From contig NC_052158.1 in NCBI RefSeq assembly GCF_902713615.1, positions 39,237,729-39,301,728 of the forward strand: 64,000 nt of DNA. Direction: 5' to 3'. Each line of letters opens with the position of its first letter. Positions within the stretch are counted from its first letter, which is position 1. Shown here piece by piece: positions 58,640 through 64,000 of this stretch. The notes below the pieces were generated by a model. That model saw only the letters and a list, made by a program, of their open reading frames with translations, did not search any database and was not told the DNA's origin. The DNA is from Scyliorhinus canicula. Taxonomy: Eukaryota. Both the position numbers and the translations under genes were made by a program.

Positions 58640-59308
58640 TCTCCAGAGGGGTCTGCGCAACTAACCGGCGTAATTGACTGAGCTCGTTCAAAGTAGAGGA
58701 CAAATTTGGCCCCCAACGTGAGTAAAAATTTCTTTTCCACCTTGGTATTCGCCTACTACTAGTTTGATTGTTGCTCAGCCTTGCCGTTGGTTTGTCGAGA
58801 AGCCTCTGCGAGATCCAGGTCAGTCCAGCGAACCCGTTTTAAAGAGGGTAAGTGAGTGAACCCTGTGGTTATCGTCTCTAGGGGCAGCCTGGGACTGCCG
58901 CCGTGATTCCAGGCAGCGTTCGCTGGAGTTACGGGCGGGGTTGCCAGGATTGCTAGGGGCAGCCTGAGGAGCCGCCGTGATTCCAGGCAGCGTTCGCTGG
59001 AGTTACGGGCGGGGTTCTCAGGATTGCTAGGGGACGGTTAACGGGCTGTGGGCTCCGGACGGGACTGCCGCCGTGATTCCAGGCAGCGTTCTCTGGAAGT
59101 TACGGGCGGGGTTCTCGGAGCTTATCCCCCGGTATAACCCATACTTTCACCGAAGAATTTTACCTACTTACCCCTTAATGGCATTTGTGTTCGGGGTCCT
59201 GCGTTATTAAGGAAGTGAAGTAAGCTAATAACCACTTAAAATCTGGTCTTCTTGAGTTGTATTAGCTGTTTAAACTCGGCAGCTTTCCTTGTCTTTCCCA
59301 TGACCGAG

Positions 59309-59349
<41 letters not shown>

Positions 59350-59631
59350 GTTGCTGTTGCAGAGTGCTGCTGCTTCTGCTCCCTGGGTTTATATTCTCTT
59401 TCGAAGAGTTATTAAGTTTTAACGACTGTATTGTATATGGGCTTGTTTCACTCTGATAGTTTAAAAGTATCTTTGATGTAAACATCTTACTACAACTAAT
59501 TATTCATTTCAGGCATATCGTCTCCTCACAGATTTGATTTAAAAAATTGCTTTCGTTTTAATAGTTAACTTTTATTTCTGTGATTACAAATCGTTTAATT
59601 TTCCAATTGTCTACCGAATTAGATTTCCACC

Positions 59632-61593
59632 ATGGGTAATACGGTAGACACTTGTAATGACTCGGGCAGTGCGCTCCAAACTCTGTGTGAACAATACCCT
59701 GAACATTCTAAGCAACTCCGACAATTGTCGGGGGCCCTCCATAAGAGCCTAGGCGAAGATAAATGGCCTCTGGGGGGACCTAAAGATTTGGGTCCTGTCC
59801 TGGAGGCCCAACAAGTAATCTGGAAAACCAATCGCGGTTCCACCGCAAAGAAATTAATTGCCTTGTGGAGGGAATACTGTCAGTCAGTGAAAGATGCCTC
59901 TATACTGGCTAGCTGGCAGGCAAATGCCTCAAAATTGGGTATTGGCCTCACCAAAGGGGGAATTGTTAAAACAGTAGAGGTCTTAAAGAGGGAATGTAAA
60001 GAATATAAAGAACGTAAGAATGCTATTCCTCCCCCGGCGCCGGTCAGCAATGCGAAGCAAGGTTGGGAGGAAGGGGACGATGGGGATGAGGAACATCTGT
60101 TCAATTGCGGGGGACGTCAGAAGCCTCCCCAGTCTCCACCTAACGCGCCCATTCAGAATCCACCACCTTATGCACCACCGCCCCAACCAGCATATCAACC
60201 CCCGGCCATGAGTACAAGGTCGAGAACAAGGGGAAAAGGGAGACCATTCATGCAATTAGTCCAGTTAAAGGAGCAATTGGGAAAACAATTAGATAGTCTT
60301 TTCCAAGACCAGGATGAGGACGAGGAGGTACCTCCTCCTCCTCCTCCTCCTCCACCAGCCCTCGACCATCCCTCACCCCCACCACGACAGATGCCAATGC
60401 GCCAGGTGCCAAATCCTGCCTATGACCCTAATGCAAACGCGGGCAACCCTAATGCTGAACGTACCATGAATATTTATTTTCCGTGGAAACCCAATGCGAT
60501 CATGTCCCTACTGGCTGGAATACCAGATAGGAAAGTGTCCCCTAGTGCCTTTGTTGACCAACTCCAATGCACAATTCGTGTATATGAGGCCGAAGCACGA
60601 GACTTATGGGCCTTGGTCCAGCGGGTCTTGCGCCCAGAGGAACACGTTCGCTTCTGCAATGTCTTACAACAGCAGAATCCTACTATTACCCTCCCTGTGT
60701 CTTTAGCGTCCCTTAACGTGCTCCACCAGGCGGACCAGCTACGCCAAGATGCTATTTTTGCTGCCTTAGACACTACTCTTCAAAAGCCTGTAGATATTAC
60801 TAGAATACTTGAGACCAAACCCCGCAAGGATGAGGAAGCCGACTCCTTTTTAGAGCGTTTTAATGAGGCCTACCGTAATCAAGCCGGAGACGCTAATTAC
60901 CGTGCTGGCAACAACAGCCCACAGTATTGTGCCATGCTCTTGAGCTGCCTGCCCATCTCCTTATCAGATGCAATTAAGACTAACAATATGGATTGGTCCG
61001 ATAATAGTCCCACCCAAATGGCACGAGCTGTGAGGTACTACTGGAAAAACAGCTCACCTGAGGGTCCGTCTAAAGTAACCCCTAAAATTAAGACTGAGTA
61101 TGTCCTTAGAAAAGACGCCCAGGAGGTACCAACACCCTCCCGGGAGCCTGATAACACGGGCTGCCAGGTGGAACCTCAGTGCCGCGCCCCTGCTTGGGTG
61201 ACCCCACAGGGTGGAGGATATACCCCCCATCCAAACGGGCCCCAAGCACCGCTCTATGGGCCTCCGTATGCCCCCCCGGGGAGCAGCGGCGGCCTACGCG
61301 CTACCCCCCTTTTATCCCTATGCCACACCCTACCAGTACCCCCCCCCCTTCCCCCATCTCCCTATTATTCACCAGCGCCGACCCAGGTAGCACCTACCCC
61401 CGCACAACCACCACAACAGGCAAGGCTCTGTTATAGTTGTGGTCAGCCAGGGCATTATGCTCGTAACTGTCCCACGCACCCTAACCACGGCGGAGGGGGT
61501 CGTAGAGGGGGAGGACGGGGCAGGGGAGCGCCCGCAGTGGCTGCTCCAGTCACTACTCCGTTCACTCAGAATAACCCCTTCCAACAAAACTGA
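59632..61593 (+). CDS. gag: ERV Gag, 653 aa
   Basis: N-terminal MG, PPPY late domain (QNPPPY), capsid-like region, CCHC knuckle CYSCGQPGHYARNC; TGA stop in frame with pol. Confidence 0.93.
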   Translation: MGNTVDTCNDSGSALQTLCEQYPEHSKQLRQLSGALHKSLGEDKWPLGGPKDLGPVLEAQQVIWKTNRGSTAKKLIALWREYCQSVKDASILASWQANASKLGIGLTKGGIVKTVEVLKRECKEYKERKNAIPPPAPVSNAKQGWEEGDDGDEEHLFNCGGRQKPPQSPPNAPIQNPPPYAPPPQPAYQPPAMSTRSRTRGKGRPFMQLVQLKEQLGKQLDSLFQDQDEDEEVPPPPPPPPPALDHPSPPPRQMPMRQVPNPAYDPNANAGNPNAERTMNIYFPWKPNAIMSLLAGIPDRKVSPSAFVDQLQCTIRVYEAEARDLWALVQRVLRPEEHVRFCNVLQQQNPTITLPVSLASLNVLHQADQLRQDAIFAALDTTLQKPVDITRILETKPRKDEEADSFLERFNEAYRNQAGDANYRAGNNSPQYCAMLLSCLPISLSDAIKTNNMDWSDNSPTQMARAVRYYWKNSSPEGPSKVTPKIKTEYVLRKDAQEVPTPSREPDNTGCQVEPQCRAPAWVTPQGGGYTPHPNGPQAPLYGPPYAPPGSSGGLRATPLLSLCHTLPVPPPLPPSPYYSPAPTQVAPTPAQPPQQARLCYSCGQPGHYARNCPTHPNHGGGGRRGGGRGRGAPAVAAPVTTPFTQNNPFQQN

Positions 61594-64000
61594 CAGTCGA
61601 TGTTGCCTTCTCGTTTAACCTCCCCTGATTCTGAACCTGTCCTTTCTTTAACCATTTACGGTCACTCTTACCCGTTTCTCATAGACACGGGCGCTACCAT
61701 GTCTTCTGTACAGGCTCACCTCAACCTTCCCCTCTCATCAGAGACCCAGCAACTATCTGGTTTCCAGGGACATGTAGCTAGTTACCCCATTTCTTTCCCT
61801 GTGCCCGTTTCCTACCAGGGCTACACCCTCCAGCACCGATTTATTGTTACAACCGGACTAGATTGTAATCTACTGGCCCGAGACCTTCTCTGTGCCTTTG
61901 GAATACATCTTGAATGTGGGGATAACGGGATCACTGCCCATTCACCCAGCATACCACGCCAGTTGCTCACCCATGTGCACCCGCAATGGTGGGCACTTCA
62001 TTTGATGCCTGAGCGGTTGTTCCATGTCACGCTGGCTTACGACTCGACCGGCGCCGATGAAGGCCTGGTCGATTCTTACAGCCCTCATCTTGAACAAGAA
62101 TTCTCAGTCACCCTTTTTGCTTCTGTGAGCGGGCCCCAAGGGACTGCGGATGCGGCGCAAGTGCCTACCTGGCTATGGCGCCAAGACGGGTACACCGCCC
62201 CGCATGTCACTCGCCATGTCCACTACCCCCACCATGCCAAGGATCTAGGGCCAATGGTCCGACAGGCGTTGGACCAGTCTGACCCCTCTCTTCTGGAACC
62301 CCAACTCCTCCCTGGCGGTCTCACCATTACATACATGTCACAACCAGCTACATCCCAGTCCATTCTTTTACACCATCGCGCCCGGACCGATGCGACTGTT
62401 TCTCCCCACGTATGGGCTGCGGATAAGTTTGATGTTGGTCTCGTCCCTACCCAGCCTATCACTATTCCTCTCCTCCCCGATGTTCAGCTCCCTTCGATCC
62501 GCCAATATCCCATTAAGGCACAAGCTCGCCACTCCATCGATGCACTCATAGCTAAACTTCTCGACCAGGGCATCCTAGTTCCTTGTCAGTCTCCGTGCAA
62601 TACCCCCATCCTAGCGGTGCCCAAACCTGGGAAACCAGATCAGTACCGCCTCGTACAGGACTTACGTGCTATCAATTCTATTGTTCAACCTCTCCACGCC
62701 CTTGTTCCTAACCCTGCTCATATTCTCGCCCAGGTCCCTGCAGATGCACTATTTTTTTCCCTTGTAGACCTCCAGCATGCCTTTTTCGCTCTGCCACTCG
62801 ATCCATCATGCCAGTATCTCTTTGCATTCACTTATAATGGCCAACAATATACTTGGACACGGTTGCCTCAAGGTTTTATTCACTCTCCCACTCTTTTCTC
62901 CCGCTGTCTCCAACGCCAACTACAATCCCTCTCCTTCTCCCAGGGCTCCACTCTTGTTCAGTACGTCGACGATCTCTTGATCGCTAACCCGACTGAGGAG
63001 GGATGTCGGGCCGATACTCAACTTTTACTCAATTTTCTGGCTTCCCTTGGTTACATTGTCTCTCCCTTGAAGGTTACGATTGCTCAGCCTACTGTTAAGT
63101 TCCTAGGTGTTAGGATATCTGCCACCTCTCGTTCCTTAGATCCAGACCGGATCCGCCCTATCTGCGATTTCCCACCCCCAACGACGGCCAAGCAGCTCCG
63201 TCAGTGGCTAGGCATGGTCAATTATTGCCGTCAGTGGATCCCGAATATTACTCTGGATTCCCGCCTCCTTACCCCCTACACCAATGAACCCGGTACTTTT
63301 TCCTTGTCCCCGGAAGCCGCACTGGCCTTTAACCGCCTCAAGGAGGCACTCCTCCAGGCCCCTGCCCTTGGTCGGCCCTTATATGATTGCCCTTTTCAGC
63401 TCTATTGCACAGTCCTTGCCGACTGCGCCACAGCTGTCCTGACCCAACGCCACGGCGACCGCTGTCGCCCGGTTGCATACTACTCCTCTAAACTCGATCC
63501 GGTAGCCCTTGGCTATCCTATCTGTGCCCAAATTCTTGCAGCTATCTACAACAGCCTGCAATCGGCTGCTAATATTACCCTCCAACAAGATATCACTGTC
63601 TATAGTTCCCATTCTGTTACGGCCCTTTTGGGACAGCTACAGACTCAGCATCTCACGATGGCTCGTCAGAATAGATATGAGATTGCTCTCCTTAATAACC
63701 CAAAGGTCCAGTTTGCCCACTGCACCACTATCAACCCTGCTAACTTTTTGACGCATCCTCCCACAGACATGCTCGACCCAACTCATGACTGTCTGCAACT
63801 GTTGCAGGAAGTCTCCTCGGTTCGAGACGACCTCTCCGATATACCCCTCCCAAGTGCAGATTGTTCCTTTTTCACCGATGGAAGTTCTTCCGTCGGCGTA
63901 AGGGGGGATAGACAATCTGGCTATGCAATCATCGATCAAGACGGTGACGTAGTAGAAGCAGCAGCATTTGAAGTTCCCTTTTCTGCCCAACAGGCAGAAT
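61594..64000 (+). CDS. pol: ERV Pol (PR, 2H-phosphoesterase-like insert, RT, tether, start of RNase H); partial, not shown in the ORF track
   Basis: Translated by hand with no stop to the window end; LIDTGA, HVT (62023) and HVT (62203), QDLRAIN, LPQGF, YVDD (62962), FTDGSS. Confidence 0.95.

Larger units (their letters stand above)
57943..64000 (+). mobile_element. Class I (epsilon-like) endogenous retrovirus, 5' part; runs off the window
   Basis: LTR TGTAGAAG...TTCACA (57943-58619), tRNA PBS, ~1-kb leader with splice donor AG|GTAAGT near 58848, open gag and pol. Confidence 0.93.

Overview
Vertebrate genomic DNA, most likely a shark (inferred from HE1/V-SINE-type SINEs, CR1 LINEs and a shark-type MHC class I gene). 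The window holds one non-classical MHC class I-like gene on + (leader, alpha1, alpha2, alpha3, TM and one cytoplasmic exon, 32417-57400). About 28 kb to its left is the promoter and leader exon of a head-to-head paralogue on -. Both promoters carry an MHC-I-type S-X-Y module. The rest is mostly transposable elements: a nested LTR stack, a hAT transposon, a CR1 with an open ORF2, MITEs, SINEs, minisatellites, and a young epsilon-like ERV running off the right edge whose Pol contains a 2H-phosphoesterase-like insert. The most unusual object is a 9.9-kb spuma/loki-like retroelement (9580-19469). Its two 995-bp LTRs are inverted rather than direct, the whole unit is flanked by a 4-bp target-site duplication, and it has no env. 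Where env would be it encodes a ~113-aa single-pass membrane protein with FAST-fusogen-like architecture. All alignments and counts were done by eye; no database search was run.
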